From IMG/VR virus record IMGVR_UViG_3300008110_000071, positions 1-54,883 of that record: a DNA stretch of 54,883 bases; one strand, given 5' to 3'. The DNA comes from a virus. Lineage: Duplodnaviria > Caudoviricetes. The stretch's first letter is position 1, and each line of letters opens with the position of its first letter. The notes under the pieces are model-generated. The model saw only the letters and a list, made by a program, of their open reading frames with translations, did no database searches and was not told the origin of the DNA. A program made the translations under genes and the position numbers. Shown piece after piece: positions 1 to 10,600 of the stretch.

Positions 1-414
1 CACGCCCTGCTGTAGCCATTTAGGTAGATTTTCATAGGATAACTGCAATCTGGATAGAAGTTCCCTTGAGGTCTCCGCTTTGTTTGCAAGAATCGCTATT
101 TTTACGTTTGGGTTGAAAAGAGCATAGTGAAGTAGGTAAGAAACCACAGTTGTTGACTTACCAGTTTGCCTAGGAAGCTTTGCAATATTGAATCTATGCT
201 TGTGAAAATTATCAATTAATTTTTCCTGAAAGTCCCACATTTTAAATGGAACCAAACCTTCGTCAAGAGAAACAATTTTGATATATTTTTTAGCAAAATA
301 AATTGGATCCTCTTGACACTTTAAATATTCTTCTAACTGTTCAGACGTAAATTGCATCTGAACGTTAGAAGGTTTTAGGTTAGGATTACCTTTATAACTA
401 GATCTTTCACTCAT
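1..414 (-). CDS. gp17: Terminase large subunit, N-terminal part (runs off window)
   Basis: Hand translation from ATG 414: MSERSSYKGNPNLK...KCQEDPIYF...LPRQTGKSTT (Walker A)...AILANKA; lies downstream of gp16. Confidence 0.96.
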   Translation of the reverse strand, partial: MSERSSYKGNPNLKPSNVQMQFTSEQLEEYLKCQEDPIYFAKKYIKIVSLDEGLVPFKMWDFQEKLIDNFHKHRFNIAKLPRQTGKSTTVVSYLLHYALFNPNVKIAILANKAETSRELLSRLQLSYENLPKWLQQGV

Positions 415-422
415 AGTAATAA

Positions 423-1007
423 TTATGCGTTTTTACTTCTTGGTATAAACACTGTTTTTTGTGGTACTGGTTTTTGATACTGTGGCCCTGTTGTCATTTT
501 TCGTGCCACTTCTGCTTCATGAGGGTTATTAGTTTCATCTCCGAGTTTTCTAATCTTTGCTTGTTTTTTGCGTCGGTTGTGATCTGGATCAATTTCAAAA
601 CTTACTGAATCTGCTTCAGCCATAAACTGTGCGAATGATTTACCTTCTTTCATTGTACGGAGTCTCCTTGAATTCATTTCCCATGCCTCTGGTCCATATG
701 AACATTGAGATTTAGTTTCTTCTTTTTCACACAGATGGCAATAGCGTACCTCTTCCTTTTCTTCTTTGACGGCTTTTTTGCCGTTTCTCCATTCTCCTTT
801 AAGTTTTTTTTCCATCTTGAGTAAATGCTTGTAGTAATCTGGAAATTCTGCTATATGCTGAAGTGCAATATTGTAGGCTTCGTCATGCTTGGTGACATGC
901 TCTCTTTCTACAGTAGAACCAATTTCAGCTTGTCTGATAACGTAATCTACTGAGACGCCATGCTTTTTAGCGATCTCTTTTTCTGTAGGAACTCTTTTGT
1001 GTGCCAT
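423..1007 (-). CDS. Hypothetical protein, DUF5661-like N-terminus; internal KSFAQFMAEA motif
   Basis: GSTVEREH...AYNIALQHIAEFPDYY pattern; internal capsid-targeting-like motif. Confidence 0.6.
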   Translation of the reverse strand: MAHKRVPTEKEIAKKHGVSVDYVIRQAEIGSTVEREHVTKHDEAYNIALQHIAEFPDYYKHLLKMEKKLKGEWRNGKKAVKEEKEEVRYCHLCEKEETKSQCSYGPEAWEMNSRRLRTMKEGKSFAQFMAEADSVSFEIDPDHNRRKKQAKIRKLGDETNNPHEAEVARKMTTGPQYQKPVPQKTVFIPRSKNA

Positions 1008-1558
1008 TATCCACCTACAATCTGCACTTCAGTAATGTGTCCTGTAGCAGCGCCATTTCCATCAGGTTTTACAGAAAACTTGATTGAATTGGAAAGAGTT
1101 GCAGTTCCAGTGAATGCAGCGTATGCAGATGAATCTAGCGCAACTGTAATTGAAGTATCGGTAACTGCTGTAACTGCTAAGTGTGCAATCCCAGTATTGT
1201 ATGCAGCAACGGAAGATCCAGTAAGAGTTACATAATCACCAACTGCAAAAGGATGCCCAGGAGTACCAGTATCAAGTGGAATATTCATTACAGTATTTGT
1301 TGCTCCTTTAGTGATTGAAGTAATTCTTACCTTTTTAGGAGTTGCACACTTTACAATTTCAGAATTTTCTTTTGGAATATGAAAATCATTTCCATCTACT
1401 GCAGTTGGATTGCCACCCCAAGCAACATGAATTGCGTCACTTGCATCAGCAGTGAAACGATAGATTCCACTTCTAACAATGACAGCTGCAGATTGAACAG
1501 CATTGCCACCAGTGCAAGCTACTGCAGAAATATTTTGCACAACTTTAAGTACAGACAT
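1007..1558 (-). CDS. Putative virion structural protein (beta-rich)
   Basis: T/A/V/G-rich, GHPFAVGDYVTLTG motif typical of cyanophage virion proteins; late promoter upstream. Confidence 0.55.
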   Translation of the reverse strand: MSVLKVVQNISAVACTGGNAVQSAAVIVRSGIYRFTADASDAIHVAWGGNPTAVDGNDFHIPKENSEIVKCATPKKVRITSITKGATNTVMNIPLDTGTPGHPFAVGDYVTLTGSSVAAYNTGIAHLAVTAVTDTSITVALDSSAYAAFTGTATLSNSIKFSVKPDGNGAATGHITEVQIVGG

Positions 1559-1568
1559 TAAAATACTC

Positions 1569-1982
1569 CTATTCTTCTATATTATTTATTTTTGATTGTT
1601 TTAGAAATTTTTGAAGTTCTGCAGTAGATCCAACAAACATAGTATTATTAATAGTAGATGGACCCTTCTGAGGAACATCTCCTTCAATAGTTTTCATTTT
1701 CTTTTGGAGATCAATGAGTTTATCAGTCATATCTGACACATGTTTCATCCCCTGGAAAGCAACTTCATATGCTCTTGGGTGATCACTACTTGAAGCTACG
1801 TCTATAATTCCGTCTATAGCTTTTTGACCTTTTTGAATTAACTTGTATAGTTGATTTCTGCTATACTGATAATCGGATTCAATATGATCCAAGTCTGAAT
1901 CTACTTCTACAATTTCTGTAGAGTCATCAAAATCTTTAGGGATTATATTAAAGGCATCGTCTAAATTATCGTATGTTGGCAT
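1569..1982 (-). CDS. gp16: Terminase small subunit
   Basis: DYQYSRNQLYKLI..GQ.AIDGI..VA..SDHPRAYEV, FVGSTAELQK; synteny. Confidence 0.95.
   Translation of the reverse strand: MPTYDNLDDAFNIIPKDFDDSTEIVEVDSDLDHIESDYQYSRNQLYKLIQKGQKAIDGIIDVASSSDHPRAYEVAFQGMKHVSDMTDKLIDLQKKMKTIEGDVPQKGPSTINNTMFVGSTAELQKFLKQSKINNIEE
1583..1589 (-). promoter_or_regulatory. T4-type late promoter ATAAATA
   Basis: ATAAATA 24 nt upstream of ATG 1558. Confidence 0.5.
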
Positions 1983-1984
1983 AA

Positions 1985-2782
1985 TTAGTTAGTCCAAATT
2001 TCATTAAATCCAAAATTGTCATCTGCTTCAACTAATAAATCATCTGCAGAATTAATTTGACCATCATCATTTAAATCTTCCAATGCTTTAGGAGTCACAC
2101 TATAAGTCACATACCTATTAGCATTGATAGCAGTTCCGATATCAATATTGACTTTTTTGATAACATCAGAAGTAGTGACGGGACCGTAAATATAACTTTT
2201 GGCGGTAAATGTTAAAGTATAAATAATTGTTCTTCTTTGAGTAAAGTCTCCTTCATAATCATCTTGAATAGAAACATTATTCAATAAAATTGGAATATCT
2301 TTCTTCTCACTGGTTTCTGCTACCATGTTAATAGTAATTGAAAAGTATGGCTGGAAGAAAGGTAAAATTTGTTCTATAATTTGAACAGCATCATCATTAT
2401 TTTTACTAATAATTCCGACTTCAAAATCTAAATTGTATGGAACCGGTAAGTAATGTGAATAACTTTTTTCAGTTTCACCTGATTTTGCAGTTCTGCATAC
2501 TTGAGTTGGTCCAAGTTTTCTTGATGCATCATATGAAATTGACTTTAGCTCAAAAGAAATTCTTGGTAACTGAATTTGAGTTGGTCTCCTCTTATCTAAA
2601 TCTGATTCTGCTTCTACTCTTGCAAGAAACTTTTCCATGGGTCCGTATGCAAGAGGAACCTTAATTGTTTGTTTAACAACTCCATCTTTATCTTTACGAC
2701 GAAGTTCTATATTGTTGAACAAAGTTCCAAATCCAATAATAGTTTTACGAATAGATTCGTTATAAAAATGTGTACCTAACAT
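1985..2782 (-). CDS. gp15: Tail sheath stabiliser / completion protein
   Basis: MLGTHFYNESIRKTIIGFGTLFNNI, KVPLAYGP, QIIEQILPFFQP. Confidence 0.96.
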   Translation of the reverse strand: MLGTHFYNESIRKTIIGFGTLFNNIELRRKDKDGVVKQTIKVPLAYGPMEKFLARVEAESDLDKRRPTQIQLPRISFELKSISYDASRKLGPTQVCRTAKSGETEKSYSHYLPVPYNLDFEVGIISKNNDDAVQIIEQILPFFQPYFSITINMVAETSEKKDIPILLNNVSIQDDYEGDFTQRRTIIYTLTFTAKSYIYGPVTTSDVIKKVNIDIGTAINANRYVTYSVTPKALEDLNDDGQINSADDLLVEADDNFGFNEIWTN

Positions 2783-3879
2783 TAAAAATCTCCCATATTT
2801 GAATATTCACCAAATGGATTTTTTTCAGACCAGTCAATAATTTGATCTGCCTCATCTTCAAACCATTTGTTTTCATTGAAATCATCATTATCATTTTCTA
2901 TAGAACTGAACGAATAAATTGCCCATTCAGCTCCACTGGATTGTCCAATTAATAAATCATTATCAACAAACGTTCCTACTATATCTATAACCTCAATCTG
3001 TTTAGCACTAACATCATAACGTACTACTTCCGCAGTTGCACCACTAACAGAACCAACTACAGTTTCTTTATATAAATAAGTTCCTTTTGGTACTAATATT
3101 GCCTGTGCAGTTGCCCCAGTTCCTGCTCCATTGATTGCAATTCCTGGAACTGTATTGTATCCTAATCCTGGATTAGTTACATTTATAGCAACAACTTTTC
3201 CAGCAGATATAGTTGCAGAAGCAGTAGCCATAACAGTTTGTCCAACTGAACCAAACGCTACTGTAGTAGATGCAGCAATGTAATTATTTCCTTGATTTGT
3301 AACATTAATTTGTTTAATTCCATCACTAAGTTGAAATGTAATAGAATATCCTTCAGATCTTCTAATTTTATCTATTTCAGATACTCCAGTATCTAACCTT
3401 TCACTGGAGTCTTCCATAACTTCACAGACCAATTGATATGTTGCAATTTGTCCTAATTGCCTAAATGGTTTATTGTGCTCTACAAATTTAATTTGAAATA
3501 ATTGATTTGTCAGTGGAAAATAAATTACATCGCCCTCATTAGGTCTTTTATTAGTAATTAAATTGTTTGAATTATCTATTAAATCTTCCCATCTTCTTTT
3601 TGAAATTATAAACGTAGCTTCTTCTGCAATTCTTACTCCAAATTTAGTTAATAATGTTCCTTCTCCCGTAAATCCTTCATAGTTTGATAGGTACATTTCA
3701 ATCATATAATTTTCATCAAACTTAACTAATGTATCTTCTCCGAATAAGCGATCTGATATGTCAACTTCTCTTGGTAAATAATAAACATCAAATCCATATA
3801 TTTTCAAAGACTCTATGATTAAATCTTCATAGAGTCTTTGTTCAGATGAAGTTCCGTGGGAAAAGTAAACGTTTTTCAT
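2782..3879 (-). CDS. gp14: Neck protein (with inserted beta domain)
   Basis: EQRLYEDLIIESLKIYGFDVYYLPR, RPNEGDVIYFP, DWSEKNPFGE. Confidence 0.95.
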   Translation of the reverse strand: MKNVYFSHGTSSEQRLYEDLIIESLKIYGFDVYYLPREVDISDRLFGEDTLVKFDENYMIEMYLSNYEGFTGEGTLLTKFGVRIAEEATFIISKRRWEDLIDNSNNLITNKRPNEGDVIYFPLTNQLFQIKFVEHNKPFRQLGQIATYQLVCEVMEDSSERLDTGVSEIDKIRRSEGYSITFQLSDGIKQINVTNQGNNYIAASTTVAFGSVGQTVMATASATISAGKVVAINVTNPGLGYNTVPGIAINGAGTGATAQAILVPKGTYLYKETVVGSVSGATAEVVRYDVSAKQIEVIDIVGTFVDNDLLIGQSSGAEWAIYSFSSIENDNDDFNENKWFEDEADQIIDWSEKNPFGEYSNMGDF

Positions 3880-4700
3880 TATCCTACCATATCAAGTGGT
3901 GGTAAGGAATAAGTTGTCATTAAACTTTCTTCCAATTTATCTATTTCTTGTGTTGCGTCATCATATAATTGACGACCATTAAATGTTACTCCACCTGGCA
4001 TTTGAATTCCTTCAAATTTTGATAAATTTTGGCCCCATTGTTTTTTTATCAATGCAGTAGTATATTTTTTAAGCCAGATATCATCATACATTTTAGTGAA
4101 ATCATTTGGATTCAAAGCACGATAACAATCTATTACAATAAAATCATCGACTGATTGCATACCCCAATCTAGATCTACGTATAATCTATTTTGAACTTTA
4201 GTATATCTAATATCTTTGTTTCCTTCTAACATAAAATCCAAGGTCTCAAGATATGTCAAAACCATATAATAATTCATAATATCATATGAATAAAAATTAT
4301 AAAAATCATTCAAAAAAAACTGATATCTAAAACCAAACATATTATTGACAAAGGCATTAGATACTTTAAAAATACCTTGAATTCCAATGACATGATCTGG
4401 AACTGTTAGATATCCTCTACCTTCTTCAAAATTTAATGTTCTTGAATTGTCAGAATCATTTGTATCAGTTTTAGTTGTAGTAAAATTACGTTTTTTGCCG
4501 TTATCAATATCTTCTTGAGTAAGTTTGTATTTTAGATACATTCTTTCCATGCCATCAAATGCTCTATTATTAAACATCTGAATAGCATCATCAATTAGGT
4601 CTTCAATTTGATCATCGTCCACATTAATTTCAATCACTGGCTTCCCAAGTTTACGAAGACAATATTCTTTTAATTGTGTTCTACTACTTGGTTTTGCCAT
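3879..4700 (-). CDS. gp13: Neck protein
   Basis: LKEYCLRKLGKPVIEINVDDDQ, KKQWGQNLSKF.G.QMPGGVTFNG. Confidence 0.96.
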   Translation of the reverse strand: MAKPSSRTQLKEYCLRKLGKPVIEINVDDDQIEDLIDDAIQMFNNRAFDGMERMYLKYKLTQEDIDNGKKRNFTTTKTDTNDSDNSRTLNFEEGRGYLTVPDHVIGIQGIFKVSNAFVNNMFGFRYQFFLNDFYNFYSYDIMNYYMVLTYLETLDFMLEGNKDIRYTKVQNRLYVDLDWGMQSVDDFIVIDCYRALNPNDFTKMYDDIWLKKYTTALIKKQWGQNLSKFEGIQMPGGVTFNGRQLYDDATQEIDKLEESLMTTYSLPPLDMVG

Positions 4701-4912
4701 TATTCTGACCTTTTAGATTTGGTTGGTTCTTTTTCAATTTTTGGAGGTTCATCAAATGATCCTCCATCCGAAACACTAGCTTCTTTAGACATATTATTAA
4801 TGACATTGGTGAGGTAAATTATTTTAGCCTCAAACATGATATTTTGTGATGTCAACTCAGTAATTCTTTTTTGCATCACTGATAATAAATTGCTTATTTC
4901 ATCTTGATTCAT
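4700..4912 (-). CDS. Small coiled-coil hypothetical protein
   Basis: Abuts gp13 start; GGAG RBS upstream. Confidence 0.7.
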   Translation of the reverse strand: MNQDEISNLLSVMQKRITELTSQNIMFEAKIIYLTNVINNMSKEASVSDGGSFDEPPKIEKEPTKSKRSE

Positions 4913-4922
4913 AATTTATCTC

Positions 4923-6710
4923 CTAGTAGCTTCCTCCATCAATAGTTGTAGTCCAAACTGGAACTCCAGAACTATTTACAGTTAAAATTTGATATGATGT
5001 AGTAACATCAGAACCTGTACCAGGGCTTGCCATATTTGCAGCTGCTGTTGAGGTTAAACGTTTATATGAATCAAAAAATGGAATTCCTTTATTTACGCCA
5101 TCATCTAATTTGACTGTCTTAAAATATGCACTCCCCTTTGTTCCAGAAAATACATTACTATTATTTGTAGCTTCTGGGATGTATGTAAAATAATATGTGG
5201 TCACATCCTCAGATTCTCCAGATTCATCATATCCAAAAAATCCAGTTTTCAAACTTTGATTATAGTATTTAAATTCAATACCACGATCCATATTATCGTC
5301 TGTTGCCTGGGTAAATGTAAATTCAGTTCCGCTTAAAATAGCTCCAGTAATTGCTGAACTTAATGTAATTTGAGTAGATGAATTTACTGTAATAGTAGTT
5401 CCATTTGCAATATTTGAATTTCCAGTAATTAAATCACCAGTATTTAATCCAGTAGTATTGTCTAAAGTTAAAGTTGTAGCTCCATTTGATGCATCAGCAG
5501 TAAGTACTTTATCACTAACTGAATCCCCTAATGTAATAGTTGGGTCATTTATAGTAATTGAATTTGAATTTACAGTGGTTGTAGTTCCACTAATTTTTAA
5601 ATTTCCTCTTACTACAACATCTCCTCCTGATGCACCTCCCGCAGGAAATGGGTCAATAACAATAGTTTGCCCATTAGCATCTCCAGAAATAGTAGCACCC
5701 TTTATTCTAATATCACCAAAATCTACTGTAGTTGATGATGTACCTAAATTTACTGTTGTGGCTGCACCAAACGCATTAATAGTAGTTGCAGTCGCATTTA
5801 GTAAATTAAATGTATTTGATCCTGTGGTCAAACTTGATCCATCAATATTTAAATTATTATCAATATCAACATTTGCGGTGGAAAATTGAATAAGTTCTGA
5901 ATTATCAGTTGTGATAATATTAATATATCTATTATTGCCCTCTTTAATAGAAAATGAATTTGAAATATTATCTTTTATATTTACATTAGTCGCAGAGTTA
6001 GATACGATAATATCTCCACCCTGAACAGTTAAATCTGCAGTTACAGTTAAATCAGAAACTGAAAATGTATTAAGAACACTTAAAGTATTAACAGTTGCAG
6101 TTCCACCTACATGTAAATTTCCTGCAATTCCAACTCCTCCACTTATAGTTAGTGCGCCTGTAGTTGATGATGTTGATGCTGTGATATCATTGATTTTAAT
6201 CGCAACATTATCTGCAAAATTCCAGTCTGCACCTGTAATTTCTAATCTATCATCAGTAGCTTCATCATACGTAATTTTTGTATCTTTACTTGTACCAAAA
6301 GTTAAAAATGTATTATCTGGTATTACTATTTCTCCGTTTCCATTTGGGGAAATATTAATATCTCCATCTGAATTAGTAGATGATATTACATTTCCATCTA
6401 ATCTAAGATTATCTACATTCCAAACATTAATTTTATTTGCGGAATCAACAATTACAGCAGAATTTGCAGTCAGTGTTCCATGCCCATGATCTAGTAAATC
6501 AGTGAAATATTTTCCTCCAATAGCTTCAATATTTGCTGCCAATCCACCAGTTTCTGTTCCAGTGCCAAGAAACAATTTTCCATATGATGTCACTGATGCG
6601 TTTTGTGCATCAGTATAAGTAGAAGTTCCCCAAGAATATCCTAATTCTCCTTGCCCCAAATTTGGAACATTAGAAGTACTGGATCTTTTTATTTTGATGA
6701 GAGTTGACAT
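4923..6710 (-). CDS. Tail fibre-like virion structural protein
   Basis: IKIKRS..P..L..GELGY N-terminus, STTTGALTISGGVGIAGNL, GNLKISGTTTTVNS, DRGIEFKY, IDGGSY C-terminus. Confidence 0.8.
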   Translation of the reverse strand: MSTLIKIKRSSTSNVPNLGQGELGYSWGTSTYTDAQNASVTSYGKLFLGTGTETGGLAANIEAIGGKYFTDLLDHGHGTLTANSAVIVDSANKINVWNVDNLRLDGNVISSTNSDGDINISPNGNGEIVIPDNTFLTFGTSKDTKITYDEATDDRLEITGADWNFADNVAIKINDITASTSSTTGALTISGGVGIAGNLHVGGTATVNTLSVLNTFSVSDLTVTADLTVQGGDIIVSNSATNVNIKDNISNSFSIKEGNNRYINIITTDNSELIQFSTANVDIDNNLNIDGSSLTTGSNTFNLLNATATTINAFGAATTVNLGTSSTTVDFGDIRIKGATISGDANGQTIVIDPFPAGGASGGDVVVRGNLKISGTTTTVNSNSITINDPTITLGDSVSDKVLTADASNGATTLTLDNTTGLNTGDLITGNSNIANGTTITVNSSTQITLSSAITGAILSGTEFTFTQATDDNMDRGIEFKYYNQSLKTGFFGYDESGESEDVTTYYFTYIPEATNNSNVFSGTKGSAYFKTVKLDDGVNKGIPFFDSYKRLTSTAAANMASPGTGSDVTTSYQILTVNSSGVPVWTTTIDGGSY

Positions 6711-6729
6711 GGTTTGTACCTATGGTAAA

Positions 6730-6936
6730 TTAATAGTTTCCTGCATCAATAGTAAGACCAGATGCATCTAGTTTATTAGTTGCATTCCAAGTTTGAGTAG
6801 TGGCATCATATTGCAACAACGCTCCATTTTGAGCATTACTTGCATTAACATCACCCAAAAAATATAATCTTTGAGTAGTATTAGTTGCAATAGTAATAAC
6901 TTGTGGTTGGTTTAGAACTTCTATTTGGGCTCTCAT
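6730..6936 (-). CDS. Small virion structural protein
   Basis: LGDVN...NGALLQYD....W repeat unit, IDAGNY end. Confidence 0.65.
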   Translation of the reverse strand: MRAQIEVLNQPQVITIATNTTQRLYFLGDVNASNAQNGALLQYDATTQTWNATNKLDASGLTIDAGNY

Positions 6937-7265
6937 GTTACTCCTGGATTAATGGTAATGATTCCTTCTATTACTCTAACTTTTTTCCCGGAAGAATCTT
7001 CGATTACTATATCGTATAAATATCTTCCTTGCTCCATAGAAGAAGTTTGTGCCGAAGTAAGAGCAATTATAATAATACCAGTACTTCTATTTGAGTTAAA
7101 TGTCACATTAAATGTGACAGAAGTAGAACTATAATATGATTTTTTTATTTTTGCAGAAGCCGTATACCCAGTTAAATTCCACGGAGCATTGTTATCATCA
7201 TATACAGTAAGCTGTGCATTGAAATCAGTTCCCTGATCAACCGATAAATTTTTTACCGCTGCCAT
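6933..7265 (-). CDS. Virion structural protein (BppU-N/Ig-like)
   Basis: VDQGTDF, NLTGYTASAKIKK, GRYLYDI, RVIEG.I...PGVT. Confidence 0.75.
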   Translation of the reverse strand: MAAVKNLSVDQGTDFNAQLTVYDDNNAPWNLTGYTASAKIKKSYYSSTSVTFNVTFNSNRSTGIIIIALTSAQTSSMEQGRYLYDIVIEDSSGKKVRVIEGIITINPGVT

Positions 7266-7296
7266 GAAGAAGCCACTAGAATATAGATTTCAATAT

Positions 7297-7304
7297 TATT
7301 TATA
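7297..7304 (-). promoter_or_regulatory. T4-type late promoter TATAAATA
   Basis: Exact consensus in the intergenic gap upstream of ATG 7265. Confidence 0.75.
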
Positions 7305-7312
7305 ATAATAGT

Positions 7313-7471
7313 TCATTTCTTAATTAACAAATTCATTACTACATGTTGTTGCATGTGATACAATCTAGCAAATTCCTTTGCGATTTGTTTGGCCCCTTCT
7401 TCATTCAATGTATCAATATCATTATAAATTTTCTGAAGAGTAAATTGTTTAGTGAGAGGTAGATCGTTCAT
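7313..7471 (-). CDS. nblA: NblA-like phycobilisome degradation adaptor (52 aa, absent from ORF track)
   Basis: Hand translation MNDLPLTKQFTLQKIYNDIDTLNEEGAKQIAKEFARLYHMQQHVVMNLLIKK; L-x-L-x-x-Q-F start and two-helix pattern of NblA. Confidence 0.6.
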   Translation of the reverse strand: MNDLPLTKQFTLQKIYNDIDTLNEEGAKQIAKEFARLYHMQQHVVMNLLIKK

Positions 7472-7682
7472 TTAATTCTAATAGCAAATTTTTAATTTGA
7501 GTCATTTCAGATTTTAAATTATGTAGATCATTTTCAATTTGATTAATTTTATCGAATTTGGTTTTTCGATTTTGATAACTTTTCATGTATGACTCATATT
7601 CATATAAGTTATCATTTATTATGGCACCACTTTCAACATCTCTATATAGACCTGGATGACCATCTACCATTAATTTTTTCAT
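7449..7682 (-). CDS. Conserved cyanophage hypothetical protein (start revised to ATG 7682)
   Basis: VDGHPGLYRD..SGAIIN motif plus coiled coil; revised start avoids overlap with upstream gene. Confidence 0.7.
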   Translation of the reverse strand: MKKLMVDGHPGLYRDVESGAIINDNLYEYESYMKSYQNRKTKFDKINQIENDLHNLKSEMTQIKNLLLELNERSTSH

Positions 7683-7686
7683 AATT

Positions 7687-10600
7687 TTAAACTGCGAGAG
7701 AGATAGCTCTAAAGTTTCTAATTTTAATGATATTTGTTTGATCTTCTGCAATCATGCAAATTTTCACTGCGTATTGTTTAAATTCTGGTAAATTTTTCAA
7801 TTCAAATTCAAAGGCTTTATAATCATTTGAATTTGAAGATTTTGGATATGATAGGGATGGCACTTCAACATAACCACTCTGATTAAATGAAGTTAAATTG
7901 CCATCTCCAACAGCTTTAACAAATACTTTTATGTCAGAATAAGATCCATTTAAACCTTGAGTTCTAACTGCATCAAAGAATACTTTAATTGATGTAGAAA
8001 CTCCTTCTAAAGTAACTTTTTTAGTTATATATGATGAATAAAATCCAGATGACGGAGTTAATTCTGCTGAAATATCAATATCATTATCTATAAGTTTTTT
8101 ACTCAATCTGTTTGATACTGTATTAATAGAGGACCCATATAGTTCTATGATAGGACTTACATTATCAGAAGATGAAGACATATTTACATTTAATTTCAAT
8201 GTAGTCGGGGATCCTGGATAATATACTGCAGTATTTGGGGAAGAAGCAATCAATCTAGATGAATTCATTTTACAATATTTTTTATTTTCAATGGATTCTT
8301 GATTTAATTGACTAAATGAATTCTTAGGTCCATATAAAGAACTTCCACTTACACTAGTAAATGTTATAGACATATCCGTAGATGGAAGAACTAAATTATT
8401 TAAATTTGGATATAATTCTTCATATTGAATATTTCTAGAAGCTTTTGCAGTATCTCCTCCACTTCTTAAATCTAATGATGCTTTACTGATAGTTGAAATT
8501 TTATAATTATCAAAATCTATTACATCTACTATTTTATGTACTTTATTAATTTCTATTAATGGAATGCCATTTAAATTATAACACATTACAGGAGAATTTA
8601 AAGAATGGCCAGTTGCAACAGTACCGGCAATACCTCTTTCCGAAACACTTAATGTATTTCCTGATTTTGAAGTATATTTTATAATTTCATTATCTATCAT
8701 TAAATATCCAGGATTAGAAGCACTGACTGGAAATCCATTAACTGTTTGCCATGTAGTTGATGATGCATTTCCTACCGTAATATTTCCAATGTATGTGGAT
8801 GTAATTGAAGTATTTAATATTGTTGCAGGTGCATCTGAAGTAATACCTGAAATTCTAACATAATTTTGTGTAGTATTCATACAATGATTTGGCTGGAACA
8901 CAGTAATATCAGATGAATTTAAAGTCATTTGCAGCGGACTTTGAATTAAAGTCACATCTGCAACTGGATCATTATTTAAAACGCATGTATATGTTGAATT
9001 TGTAGCAAATTTTGCTCTATTGATAGTAAATTTAATATCTTCAAATTGATCTGGAGTCCATGTAGACATATTCTGAGATTTAAATAGTGATCCAGAATAT
9101 GGTTGTTTATCAATAGCGTATGAAGTAGTTACATCAGCTTCATTAAGTCTAGAAATCCAAATTTTGTATAATTTTGAATCACTTTTTACTACAAATGCAT
9201 AATACGTATCTTGATTTAAATATACTAAAGATGGAAATGTAAATTTGGTCGCACGAGAAGCATCGGAAGAAATGTTTACATTAGATGCCTGAACTATTGC
9301 AACTGAGTTTGGAACTACAGTATTAGTAAGTGTTCCGTTTTCCATTGTTCTAATTTCGATAGAAACTGGAGTTGTGGAATCTTTTGACTGAAAATATAAA
9401 TCAATTGAAGATAGGAACACTCCACCCTGAGAATCTACATAGAATGATTGAGCTACTGGATCTCCTCCACCAGCCGGTGGAGGTGGTGGTGGGAATGCAA
9501 TAAATCTTACTGTGGTTCCTCTAATTGGACCAGAAGAAATTTCTGGCAAATCCAGCGACATAACGTTACTGGTTAAATTCACAGTAGTTCCTAAAGTATC
9601 ATATGTAGCTACTGCACTAGTCTCGGAAATACCATAAATTGAAGTTCCAGTAACTTGGTCGCAAACTTTAAAGGATAAGTTGCCAGTCTCAAAAGTATCT
9701 GGAGGAATTACTAGAAATGCTTCCAAGCTACCAGCTGCATCTGTTTTAACTCTGGCTAAATTTAGTAAAGTTACTTTTCCAATTGCACCAGAAGTTTCTC
9801 CAATAATATAAAATGTAGAATTTAAAATTGTTGGATTTAACTGAGTTCCATCAGACGTAGTTGGTGGCTGTATTGATAGATATGTACTAGATGAAGTATA
9901 ATTTCCCAGCGATGAACTAATTACAGTAGTTTCTATAGTAGTTGATTCTGGAGGAGTAGTTACTGTATTAGTATTGGATAAAAATACCTTTTCTCCAATT
10001 ACAAAAGTTCCAGTCCTCTCGGTCATATCAATAATGTCCAGTGGAAAAATCATTTCATCATGTAGAACTTCATCAACAAAGAAATGAATTACAGTATTGG
10101 CTTTTAACTTATTGGCACTTAAATAAACTAGTCTAGAACGAACAAACCTGTTTACTTCAATATTATTAATACTATCTCCAACTTCAATATCTTGAGTAAA
10201 TGTTGTAAATGTATTGTCTACTTCTCCAACATTACTAACATTTAATGTTCCCCCTGCAACTTGAAGTCTAGGAACAATATTTCTATTCCAATCATTCCAT
10301 TGATCTGCTAATGCAGTTGTGCGATCAAATAGTGCTCTAAAAGGAGTGCTTAAATCTATTTGTTGAGTGTTAGTCTCAGTTCTAACAGTATCAAACCATA
10401 CATCTTTATTTGGTTGTAAATTAATTTCTCCATTCCATGAAATAACTTCAAATGGTTGTAGATTTTCTACTCTACTAGCGTATTGCTGACTAATATATTC
10501 ATTTTCAGTGTACGGTAAAGTTACTATAGATCCTGACTTTACTGTAGTTGATGCTTGATCATAATTTACTCCAATTTTAGTTGCATATGGATATGGCCTC

